Assembly: GCA_051362555.1 (NCBI GenBank)
Contig: CM120644.1
Span: forward strand, 25,194,534-25,258,533
Reading direction: 5' to 3'
DNA: 64,000 nt
Origin: Lingula anatina
Lineage: Eukaryota > Animalia > Brachiopoda
A model generated the notes under the pieces. It was not told where the DNA came from, searched no databases, and saw only the letters and a program-made list of their open reading frames with translations. Shown one piece after another: positions 54,201-60,380 of the stretch. The number at the start of each line of letters is the position of its first letter. Positions within the stretch are counted from its first letter, which is position 1. Both the position numbers and the translations under genes were made by a program.

Positions 54201-57200
54201 TAGCGGAAGATCGTCAGCTGGAGATCGTGAACGATCTGAGCGAGACAAGAAAGCAATAATGGTTATCTTTGTTGCAGCTCTTAATATTGCTCTTTTGTTC
54301 TGTTACTGAAGTCTCTACTGTTAACAATGCTATTGTGCGCCTCAGCAAAACTACCGATCGCTATCTCACACCGAATATTGCGGTAAAGAAACAACAGCCC
54401 GACAGTACAACTCTTAATAGATTCTCCTGTTATCTGAATGAATGGATATGACGATGTTGTTTAGCGTCCTTAACTAACTGTACTGATCGTTATCTTGCAC
54501 CTTGGGCCGCACACGTAGTACTCAGGTAAAGGTACGCTAGGGCAACATTGCCGACTGTTAGATCTTCATAAGCGCGAGAATAGCCCGGTGGCCGATTTTA
54601 AGGTGTACGAAATTCACGAAATCAAGATCGCGCAAAATTGCTTACTGGCCGAAATTCATGGTCCAGAAAAAACTCCAGACGGCCGATTTTAAGATCGTTC
54701 GAAATTCAAGAGCCGTTCGAAATTCATGGCACTTTACCGTATACTCCATCACTGTCTGTGTACACTGTAATATATTGGTACCAGTACATTAGTATTGAAT
54801 ACTATACTCCATCACTGTCTGTGTACACTGTAACATATTGGTACCAGTACATTAGTATTGAATACTATACTCCATCACTGTCTGTGTACACTGTAACATA
54901 TTGGTACCAGTACATTAGTATTGAATACTATACTCCATCACTGTCTTTGTACACTGTAATATATTGGTACCAGTACATTAGTATTGAATACTATACTCCA
55001 TCACTGTCTTTGTACACTGTAACATATTGGTACCAGTACATTAGTATTGAATACTATACTCCATCACTGTCTGTGTACACTGTAACATATTGGTACCAGT
55101 ACATTAGTATTGAATACTATACTCCATCACTGTCTGTGTATATTATTACATATTGGTACCAGTACATTAGTATTGGGTGCTACAATGTATATCCCCTGGA
55201 CAACGCTATCCACTGATGATGAAATGCACTTTCCTCTGGGTACTACTATTTTTATCCATAGGATGATTAACAATTACTATGTTACAATACACAGGGCACC
55301 TAGATGTTAATGAGAGTGTCCAACTTCTGGTCACAGTCCACTCCAGTGTCTGTCTGTTCTGGGATGTTAATTAACAATTATTACTATGTTACAATACCAC
55401 AGGGCACCTAGATGTTAATGAGAGTGTCCAACTTCTGGTCACAGTCCATTCCAGTGTCTGTCTGTTCTGGGATGTTAATTAACAATTATTACTATGTTAC
55501 AATACACAGGGCACCTAGATGTTAATGAGAGTGTCCAACTTCTGGTCACAGTCCATTCCAGTGCCTGTCTGTTCTGGGGTGTTAATTAACAATTATTACT
55601 ATGTTACAATACACAGGGCACCTAGATGTTAATGAGAGTGTCCAACTTCTGGTCACAGTCCACTCCAGTCTGTCTGTTCTGGGGTGTTAATTAACAATTA
55701 TTACTATGTTACAATACACAGGGCACCTAGATGTTAATGAGAGTGTCCAACTTCTGGTCACAGTCCATTCCAGTGTCTGTCTGTTCTGGGATGTTAATTA
55801 ACAATTATTACTATGTTACAATACACAGGGCACCTAGATGTTAATGAGAGTGTCCAACTTCTGGTCACAGTCCATTCTAGTGCCTGTCTGTTCTGGGATG
55901 AGCAGAGAGAAATCTGGAGTAGTGAAGGATGTAAGGTAGTCAGCTTTTTTGTTTCAATATAGATGGATTGATAGAATAATAAATAGATAAATAAATATGA
56001 AAACATTGACCAGGGTTTTCACCTAATACATTTCCCACTTTCTGTATCCAAAACATTGACCAGGGTTTTCACCTAATACATTTCCCACTTTCTGTATCCA
56101 AGTCTCTCTTATAGCAGATGTCTACTCCAAACACAATCCAACTATTTCTCACCTAACACATTTCCAAATTTCTGTATCCAAGTCTCTCTAACAGCAGGTG
56201 TTTTCTCCAAACACAATCCAACTATTTCTCACCTAGCACATTTCCCACTTTCTGTTTCCAGGTTTCTCCTCTCAGCACAGCTGTTACTTTACACTGTATC
56301 TGTCATCACATGACTGTGTTTTCTGGCAGTTTCTTTATTCTGCCTAATGCCATTGATATTGTGGCAGACTCTGCTCTGTTCCTGACTTTACTGGAGAACC
56401 CATTGGTGGTGAGCATTGTGCTGTGTGTATGGGGCATCTACCTGGCAGTTGTTATCTGGGCACGCAAGAAGGACAGGGAAGACCTACTTAAGGTGAATGG
56501 ACCTCTAATTTTTATATACAAGATTGCTTGGGGAGTGTGAGGGGATTTTATTTCAGTTTACCATGACTTCAGTGGGTCTCAGAAGAATCCCTTTTTAACT
56601 CTTTCTCAGCCCTGTAATATGTGCTTGAAAAAGTAAATGCACTCCACAACAGCTGATGCTGAATACTTATTTTAGTTTTTATGCAACCAAATAAAACTCA
56701 GTATTGGGCATTATCTATATCAGTAATCATTAAATTAATGCAAAGCTCCCAGGTGCTCACATTTTGATGTTTTCAAACATTTACATGTAGATTAAGAATA
56801 TAGAATGAGCGTTTTGCACACTAGAAATTTTAGCTTAAATCCATTGAAATCTTTTGGCTTCACTGTTGCTTATGACATTGATAGTAACAATTCTTTTCAT
56901 CTCTCCAGGCTGGAGTGACAGTGTTAGAAGACAATGATCCAGAGAATAAGTATGGCTACCTTGTCACAGTTATCACTGGCTGGAGGACGGGGGCAGGGAC
57001 CACAGCTAATGTGGGTTGTTTTATTAAAGGTGAATTTCAAGGCTGTAATAAAAAAAAAGGCTGTGAAAATAAATTACAAGCCAATTCAATCTTTAATTGT
57101 ACAATCACAAACTTATCTCTTGTTTTCAATTTTTCTTTTCCATTTTAAAGGTGAAGATGGTGAAAGTGAGCGTCATGTCCTGAGTGACCCCAGGCGTCCA

Positions 57201-59120
57201 GTATTTGAGAGTGGTGGCGTGGACAGTTTCCTACTGACCTGTGCCCAGTGCCTGGGTGACCTCGTCTCTGTCACCATCTGGCACGACAACTCTGGAGCTG
57301 CTCCTGCCTGGTTTCTGGAGAAGTTGACAGTGAGTGACCTGCAGAGAAATGAGGTGTGTGAGTTCCTGTGTAACCGCTGGCTTGCTCTGGACCTGGATGA
57401 CTTCTGCATCCAGCGTACACTGCGCCCTGCCTCAGTGGAGGAGATGAAGGAGTTCTCGTACCTGTTCTCCAGTAACAGTGGCTTCAGCATGAGGGAAAAA
57501 CATCTGTGGGTCAGTGTGTTCTCTTGTCCACCAAATTGTCCCTTCACAAGAACCCAGAGACTGACCTGTGCTCTGACCCTTCTACTGACCACCATGCTGA
57601 CCAATATCATGTTTTATGGCATCCCAACTGATGACCCAGAAGATCAATACCAAGTAAACTTATTTGATTAATCTTTTTATCCAGAATATATCTACATGTA
57701 TTTATCTAGTTATTTATTTATTTATTTTTTGGTTTTAGGTGGTTTGCTTGTTTGTTTATGTTTTGTACCCCCCCCCCCCCCCCCAAAAAAAAAAAAAAGT
57801 AAAATAAATAAATAAAATGAAAAGATTCTGTCATTGTTGCAGTTGCTTTAGAAAATGTTTGCTTAAAATGTTTGATTAGTTGTGACATTTTATTAGGAGC
57901 GGTTTTGATTGGAAAGACTCTTATTATTGGTTTAGGAAATTCATTTCTTTCATCATTTCTTCCAGTATGATTTTAAGAATTTATATAAGGGAAATTCAAT
58001 TCCAGGTGGCAGATTTCCAATTTTCTCTGTCTGACATAATAATTGGTATTGAGAGTGGGCTGCTGATGTTCCCAGTGAACCTGGTCATAGTGCAGCTATT
58101 TAGAATGTGTGCTCCAAGACCTGTGAGTACACATAAGGAAGACATCATGCCCAGAACTTCCATGCAACAAAGAGATTCAGCTCAGATGTCAGTGCTAGGA
58201 GCAGATGTTAACCATTCACAGAGCAGAAATAGCAGTAGGGTCTTGGGGAATGTGATTGGTGGTAGTGATGTAGATAAAGTACCAAATGCAACCTCTAACA
58301 GTGTAATTAAAAGTAGTTTAAATACTGATGACCAGGCTGTAACAGATAGAAACATTGCACTCTTTAATGAAAATGAAAGTGAGAACAACTCCTGGTCTTG
58401 TACTTTGGGTGTGGCCATCCTTGCTGGAGGAGAAGTGATGGGTCAGGTGTCTACTGACCAGTCTCTGGACATGGGTGGACATTTTATTGGACGTAAGAAA
58501 GAAAGCCAGACTGTGGAGAAGGCCAGCATATGGTGTGGATCAGGTGCTGGTATCACGCCATCTGACCTTGATATCACCCTTGACCTTGACCTACTTCACG
58601 GAGAAAGCCCTGACATACCATTATTACATATGGTAGGTGCTTTGCTCAGAGTAAAAGAAAATTTCGAAAGTTTCAGAATTTTTTATGTAATTTTCCAAAA
58701 AGGGGGATATTTAAAGGTTTTCCCCCCTGTCACTTCCATCTGTTTCATCTGTCTTCTACTAATTTTCTGATTACACTGGTACTGTAGATATTTTAAGGTG
58801 CTATAAGTTTGTATACTTACTGTAGACTAAATAGAACATGGTTAAACCTTTTTTATTACATTTTGTTTTATTGCTATAAATGTATTATTATTATTATTAT
58901 TAGTATTAGTATTTTGTTTGTTTTTACTTTTTCTCATCTAGGACAATTCAAGTGAAGTTTCTGTGATTACATTGGAGGAAGAAAAGAATACACCTTTCAG
59001 GTGAATGAAATTTGTCTTGTTTTTGTTACTACTGAAAATGTAAGTGTAATTTAACTTTTATCCTTTCTCTCTCCCTCTCTCTCTTCTCTCTCTCCTTTTA
59101 CACACATGCACACACACACT

Positions 59121-59162
<42 letters not shown>

Positions 59163-60380
59163 TCTCATGCTGTATAGGTACAGTACTAAAACTGAATGCT
59201 AGTTATATGTAATGTTTGACTGTTTGACATCATCATCCACACACCCCCTGGCTGCTTCTTTATCTTAGAGCGCATTCTCAACGAATTAAGCCAGGCTTTA
59301 CAAAGCCGGTGACCTAAAAATGGCGGACGTACATGAAAGAAAAACCACCTAATCTTTTAATAGTCTCTCCGCCTCTCACACGCCTCCCCACACGTCGTCC
59401 CTGCGGGGTACAGTAATTAAATCTCGGCTCCGAACATTAATATTTCCGTGAATATCTCTGGTGATATTATCTCCGTAGATAGTCGATTCATTGCTGCTCT
59501 ACGGGCCAAATTATTCCTTTTTCGTCTCTGTTTTCAAAGATAATAAAACAGAAGAGCTTTTTTCCTTCGATCGCCTTCAGCTGCCATGCTTTCTTCACCA
59601 CGAGTTTAACTGATGAGCATGGTACTTAATATTTCTCAGGTAGCTTCCGCATGGCGAACGGAGACGCGATTTAATTACTGTACCCCGCAGGGACGACGTG
59701 TGGGGAGGCGGAGAGACTATTAAAAGATTAGGCGGTTTTTCTTTCATGTACGTCCGCCATTTTTAGGTCACCGGCTTTGTAAAGCCTGGCTTAATTCGTT
59801 GAGAATCCGCTATTAGATGACTCTGCTCTTTAGCTTTACTTTGTCTTCAGACTACCATGGTGGTATATCTACATAGCCTGGGTGGTGACAGTGTTAACTT
59901 GTAGCTTTACTTTGTCTTCAGACTACCATGGTGGTATATCTACATAGCCTGGGTGGTGACAGTGTTAACTTGTAGCTTTACTTTGTCTTCAGACTACCAT
60001 GGTGGTGTATCTACATAGCCTGGGTGGTGACAGTGTTAACTTATAGCTTTACTTTGTCTTCAGACTACCATGGTGGTGTATCTACATAGCCTGGGTGGTG
60101 ACAGTGTTAACTTATAGCTTTACTTTGTCTTCAGACTACCATGGTGGTGTATCTACATAGCCTGGGTGGTGACAGTGTTAACTTGTAGCTTTACTTTGTC
60201 TTCAGACTACCATGGTGGTGTATCTACATAGCCTGGGTGGTGGCAGTGTTAACCTGTCTGGTCTGCTCTTACTTCACCATGCTGTATGGACTGAAGTATG
60301 GACACAAGAAAAGTGTGCAGTGGGTGGTTGCCTTCTTTACAGGGTTCTTCCAAAGTGTGTGTATTACACAGCCAATTAAG
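4908..60380 (+). CDS. Multi-exon polycystin-1-like (PKD1L/REJ family) receptor gene, partial at both ends; IgGFc-binding x2, TSP1 x19, sushi, EGF-like, REJ, GAIN/GPS, PLAT, TM1-5
   Basis: 48 exons with canonical AG/GT ends and matching phases, total 10,313 nt (2 nt + 3437 codons). Diagnostic motifs: CLFWD..WSSEGC / CICHHMT (GPS), [30 protein letters not shown] (PLAT), [30 protein letters not shown]. Whether the 5' half (to 31061) and 3' half (from 31758) are one transcript is inferred from phase and the absence of a terminal or initial exon. Confidence 0.8.
6887..6899 (+). CDS. 13-nt microexon (PAPE)
   Basis: tctgtctttttag|CCTGCTCCAGAGG|gtaagt; converts phase 0 to phase 1, as needed by the downstream exons. 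Confidence 0.65.
7874..8606. mobile_element. PIF/Harbinger-like MITE family 1
   Basis: TIR GCCCCCGTTTCACAAA, CTG target duplication; inverted copy at 49138-49871. Confidence 0.85.
9153..9212 (+). CDS. Exon: Cys-containing linker ([20 protein letters not shown])
   Basis: ttttttag acceptor, AAG|gtatga donor, 60 nt, phase 1-1. Confidence 0.65.
9449..9570 (+). CDS. Exon: start of IgGFc-binding domain 2 ([17 protein letters not shown])
   Basis: Homologous to [15 protein letters not shown] of domain 1; ttctag / CAG|gtagga; phase 1-0. Confidence 0.85.
9908..11140 (+). CDS. Exon: IgGFc-binding domain 2 body
   Basis: [70 protein letters not shown]; GAA|gtaagt. Confidence 0.9.
11343..11448 (+). CDS. 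Exon: acidic putative metal-binding motif ([17 protein letters not shown])
   Basis: ttgtag / ACAG|gtatat; DGxDNDCDGxVDE motif; phase 0-1. Confidence 0.85.
11655..11696 (+). CDS. Exon: second acidic motif ([14 protein letters not shown])
   Basis: ctttgtcag / AAG|gtatga; 42 nt, phase 1-1. Confidence 0.8.
12086..13150 (+). repeat. 49-bp (some 40-bp) minisatellite spanning the acceptor of TSP1 exon 13127, about 22 copies
   Basis: Unit atattttgctgtatatatgaag|TGGATGGCCAGTGGTCTCAGTGGTC; one inverted unit at 12197-12242. Confidence 0.95.
13127..13309 (+). CDS. Exon: TSP1 repeat 1
   Basis: [29 protein letters not shown]...CNTNGCP; its acceptor is the last copy of the 49-bp array. Confidence 0.9.
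13426..14287. mobile_element. Related TA-TSD TIR element
   Basis: TA|CGGTAATGT...ATATTACCG|TA. Confidence 0.7.
14444..14916. mobile_element. MITE with ~70-bp TIRs
   Basis: cactagtgggctagatttggtcttaaagtgcaat.. / ..attgcactttaagaccaaatcaagctcactagtg. Confidence 0.75.
15333..15503 (+). CDS. Exon: TSP1 repeat 2
   Basis: [29 protein letters not shown]...CNSQGCP; ttttag / A|gtaagt. Confidence 0.9.
16096..16266 (+). CDS. Exon: TSP1 type A copy 1
   Basis: [28 protein letters not shown]; 171 nt, phase 1-1. Confidence 0.88.
16469..16645 (+). CDS. Exon: TSP1 type B copy 1
   Basis: [28 protein letters not shown]; 177 nt, phase 1-1. Confidence 0.88.
16786..16956 (+). CDS. Exon: TSP1 type A copy 2
   Basis: tttgtag / CCAG|gtgaga; near-identical to other A copies. 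Confidence 0.88.
18189..18734. mobile_element. MITE family 4 with long TIRs, nested in the TA-target element
   Basis: TIR GAGCGCATTCTCAACGAATTAAGCC; TAA/TTA flanks; empty site at ~28037. Confidence 0.85.
19842..20638. mobile_element. EnSpm/CACTA-like non-autonomous element
   Basis: CCCAG..TGGG ends, AA flanks, many AACGTTG subterminal motifs; internal (TA)n. Confidence 0.6.
20095..20154. repeat. (TA)n microsatellite; others at 22271-22314 (TA), 45248-45292 (TG + G run), 59100-59160 (CA)
   Basis: Seen directly. Confidence 0.95.
22544..22714 (+). CDS. Exon: TSP1 type A copy 3
   Basis: ccatag / CCAG|gtaaat. Confidence 0.88.
22905..23081 (+). CDS. Exon: TSP1 type B copy 2
   Basis: tttcag / CCAA|gtgaga. 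Confidence 0.88.
23220..23712. mobile_element. Tourist/Harbinger-like MITE family 3 (further copies 24423-24915, 25622-26116, truncated 31197-31370)
   Basis: Long TIRs starting GGCTC, TAA TSD; empty sites cattaatagagc at ~16762, ~26825, ~30478. Confidence 0.85.
23747..23917 (+). CDS. Exon: TSP1 type A copy 4
   Basis: tttgtag / CCAG|gtaaat. Confidence 0.85.
24108..24284 (+). CDS. Exon: TSP1 type B copy 3
   Basis: tttcag / CCAA|gtgaga. Confidence 0.85.
24950..25120 (+). CDS. Exon: TSP1 type A copy 5
   Basis: tttgtag / CCAG|gtaaat. Confidence 0.85.
25311..25487 (+). CDS. Exon: TSP1 type B copy 4
   Basis: tttcag / CCAA|gtgaga. Confidence 0.85.
26151..26321 (+). CDS. Exon: TSP1 type A copy 6
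   Basis: tttgtag / CCAG|gtaaat. Confidence 0.85.
26520..26696 (+). CDS. Exon: TSP1 type B copy 5
   Basis: tttcag / CCAA|gtgaga. Confidence 0.85.
26861..27031 (+). CDS. Exon: TSP1 type A copy 7
   Basis: tttgtag / CCAG|gtgaga. Confidence 0.85.
27138..29466. mobile_element. Inverted, internally deleted copy of the 51444 element
   Basis: Ends gaaattcatggcacattaccg|TA; same insertion point as the 22192 copy. Confidence 0.8.
29800..29970 (+). CDS. Exon: TSP1 type A copy 8
   Basis: [22 protein letters not shown]; ccatag / CCAG|gtaaat. Confidence 0.85.
30171..30347 (+). CDS. Exon: TSP1 type B copy 6
   Basis: tttcag / CCAA|gtgaga. Confidence 0.85.
30514..30684 (+). CDS. Exon: TSP1 type A copy 9
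   Basis: tttgtag / CCAG|gtaaat. Confidence 0.85.
30885..31061 (+). CDS. Exon: TSP1 type B copy 7 (extra Cys, GGGCQ)
   Basis: tttcag / CCAA|gtgaga. Confidence 0.85.
31758..31925 (+). CDS. Exon: sushi/CCP domain
   Basis: [40 protein letters not shown]; tttcag / T|gtaaga; phase 1-1. Confidence 0.9.
32470..33420. mobile_element. TIR element with TAA TSD (PIF/Harbinger-like)
   Basis: taa|ggccacac..tttttatggatgacatcct ... aggatgtcatccataaaaa..ggcc|taa. Confidence 0.75.
33802..33981 (+). CDS. Exon: TSP1 repeat 19
   Basis: [27 protein letters not shown]...CLDQICP; phase 1-1. Confidence 0.88.
34170..35760 (+). mobile_element. Dispersed element with GTC microsatellite and internal ~160-bp tandem repeats, possibly Helentron-associated (related segments 47760-49130 and ~3100-3800)
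   Basis: caggtcaagttcgaaaatc recurs about every 160 bp (34348-34830); shared flanks with 47760 onward. Confidence 0.55.
35822..35948 (+). CDS. Exon: Cys-rich EGF-like linker into REJ
   Basis: [28 protein letters not shown]; tttcag / AG|gtgatt; phase 1-2 matches next exon. Confidence 0.75.
36108..36342 (-). mobile_element. ~240-bp dispersed repeat (other copies 8678-8915, 43131-43385)
   Basis: Shared ends ggaccattccca.. and ..gatcgatctaagtatgggaaccca; here it interrupts the 74-bp array. Confidence 0.7.
36341..36910 (+). repeat. 74-bp minisatellite spanning the acceptor of exon 36865, 8 acceptors
   Basis: AG ends at 36346, 36420, 36494, 36568, 36642, 36716, 36790, 36864. Confidence 0.95.
36865..37091 (+). 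CDS. Exon: REJ domain start
   Basis: [49 protein letters not shown]; G|gtaagt. Confidence 0.85.
37215..37349 (+). repeat. 56-bp duplication spanning the acceptor of exon 37306
   Basis: tgtgtctgtag|GTACAAGTCAG at 37249 and 37305. Confidence 0.9.
37306..37521 (+). CDS. Exon: REJ core
   Basis: [29 protein letters not shown] matches the REJ CxVxPxxG...TxFxxxCxx(W/F)xD pattern. Confidence 0.88.
37764..38450 (+). mobile_element. Internally deleted Harbinger element, family 2
   Basis: TIR GGGCCGGTTTCACAAAGCAGTAGTT, CTG TSD; relic [23 protein letters not shown] resembles a Harbinger transposase N-terminus. Confidence 0.85.
38538..38683 (+). CDS. Exon: REJ
   Basis: tttcctcag / CAG|gtatgt; [16 protein letters not shown]; donor is the first copy of an 87-bp array. 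Confidence 0.82.
38627..39134 (+). repeat. 87-bp minisatellite spanning the donor of exon 38538-38683, 6 donors
   Basis: GTCCAG|gtatgt ends at 38683, 38770, 38857, 38947, 39034, 39121. Confidence 0.95.
39360..39480 (+). CDS. Exon: REJ/GAIN-A region
   Basis: [16 protein letters not shown]; phase 0-1. Confidence 0.75.
39608..39827 (+). repeat. 91-93-bp triplication spanning the acceptor of exon 39799
   Basis: cttttag|(C/T)TGTTCTACAGCTGGTT at 39614, 39707, 39798. Confidence 0.9.
39799..39881 (+). CDS. Exon: GAIN-A helical region
   Basis: [18 protein letters not shown]; CAG|gtaaat. Confidence 0.8.
40229..40354 (+). CDS. Exon: GAIN-A helical region
   Basis: [38 protein letters not shown]; ttccacag / CAG|gtactg. 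Confidence 0.82.
40503..40787. mobile_element. Short EnSpm-like element
   Basis: CCC..GGG ends, TT flanks, repeated TTGCAA/TGCAAA motifs. Confidence 0.5.
40801..41421. mobile_element. MITE with TA flanks
   Basis: TIR GACT(T/C)GCCCTTCAAGAAATCG. Confidence 0.7.
42372..42463 (+). CDS. Exon: GAIN-A region
   Basis: ttcttcag / AC|gtaagc; phase 0-2. Confidence 0.78.
42540..42900. mobile_element. Degenerate partial copy of MITE family 1
   Basis: gcccccagttcacaaagaatcttaaatcc.. similar to 49138 onward. Confidence 0.65.
42967..43072 (+). CDS. Exon: GAIN-A region
   Basis: [12 protein letters not shown]; phase 2-0; AAG|gtgaga. Confidence 0.78.
43610..43730 (+). repeat. 21-bp degenerate minisatellite (caaccagcaacatcaatcaaa)
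   Basis: About 5-6 imperfect copies. Confidence 0.7.
43963..44082 (+). CDS. Exon: GAIN ([15 protein letters not shown])
   Basis: ttcctcttgcag / AAG|gtaagt; VPGEEP motif typical of PKD1-like GAIN. Confidence 0.85.
44616..44798 (+). CDS. Exon: GAIN-B region
   Basis: ttttag / CAG|gtacta; open 183 nt, phase 0-0. Confidence 0.72.
45458..45608 (+). CDS. Exon: GAIN-B ([15 protein letters not shown])
   Basis: NPFxW and LxEPxxIxIP motifs; G|gtaagg. Confidence 0.85.
45862..46549 (+). mobile_element. Internally deleted Harbinger element, family 2, second copy
   Basis: Near-identical to 37764-38450; CTG TSD. Confidence 0.85.
46641..46831 (+). CDS. Exon: GAIN-B region
   Basis: [15 protein letters not shown]; phase 1-0. 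Confidence 0.8.
47470..47638 (+). CDS. Exon: GAIN-B region
   Basis: [14 protein letters not shown]; A|gtgagt; phase 0-1. Confidence 0.8.
49138..49871. mobile_element. PIF/Harbinger-like MITE family 1, second copy
   Basis: CTG TSD; the host repeat's empty site (gggcctgaagccttatgc) is visible at ~3530. Confidence 0.85.
50180..55175 (+). repeat. 63-bp intronic minisatellite (about 20 + 7 copies) split by a TIR element
   Basis: Unit atactccatcactgtctgtgtacactgtaacatattggtaccagtacattagtattgaatact at 50180-51443 and 54740-55175. Confidence 0.95.
51444..54739. mobile_element. 3.3-kb non-autonomous TIR element with TA TSD (Tc1/mariner-like)
   Basis: TIR CGGTAA(T/A)GTGCCATGAATTTCGAAC; gaatacTA..TAtactcc versus the empty satellite unit gaatacTAtactcc; no transposase ORF seen. 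Confidence 0.85.
55260..55900 (+). repeat. ~107-bp minisatellite spanning the acceptor of the GPS exon, 6 acceptors
   Basis: acag|GGCACCTAG at 55294, 55402, 55509, 55616, 55721, 55828. Confidence 0.95.
55829..55935 (+). CDS. Exon: GPS motif first half
   Basis: [22 protein letters not shown]; acceptor is the last copy of a ~107-bp array. Confidence 0.9.
56001..56297 (+). repeat. Degenerate tandem copies of the acceptor region of exon 56262
   Basis: cacctaatacatttcccactttctgtatccaa repeated, versus the real ..tttcccactttctgtttccag|G. Confidence 0.8.
56262..56492 (+). CDS. Exon: GPS cleavage site and TM1
   Basis: [49 protein letters not shown]. Confidence 0.92.
56909..57029 (+). CDS. Exon: PLAT/LH2 start
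   Basis: [27 protein letters not shown]. Confidence 0.92.
57151..57653 (+). CDS. Exon: PLAT/LH2 and TM2
   Basis: [52 protein letters not shown]. Confidence 0.92.
58006..58632 (+). CDS. Exon: TM3 and intracellular loop
   Basis: [23 protein letters not shown]; ATG|gtaggt. Confidence 0.82.
58942..59000 (+). CDS. Exon: loop before TM4
   Basis: ctcatctag / AG|gtgaat; phase 0-2. Confidence 0.78.
59268..59812. mobile_element. MITE family 4, second copy (opposite orientation)
   Basis: Same TIRs, TTA TSD. Confidence 0.85.
59831..60253 (+). repeat. 71-bp minisatellite spanning the acceptor of exon 60206, 6 acceptors
   Basis: tttgtcttcag|ACTACCATGG at 59850, 59921, 59992, 60063, 60134, 60205. Confidence 0.95.
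60206..60380 (+). CDS. Exon: TM4-TM5
   Basis: [33 protein letters not shown]; AAG|gtgagt; gene continues beyond the window. Confidence 0.92.

Noticed and set aside
57173-57610. Minus-strand ORFs opposite exons (also 5071, 10098-10974, 58182)
   Set aside because: Antisense shadows of the real + strand exons.
1884-60253. Tandem arrays as CRISPR arrays
   Set aside because: Units are head-to-tail with no unique spacers, there are no cas genes, and the context is eukaryotic.
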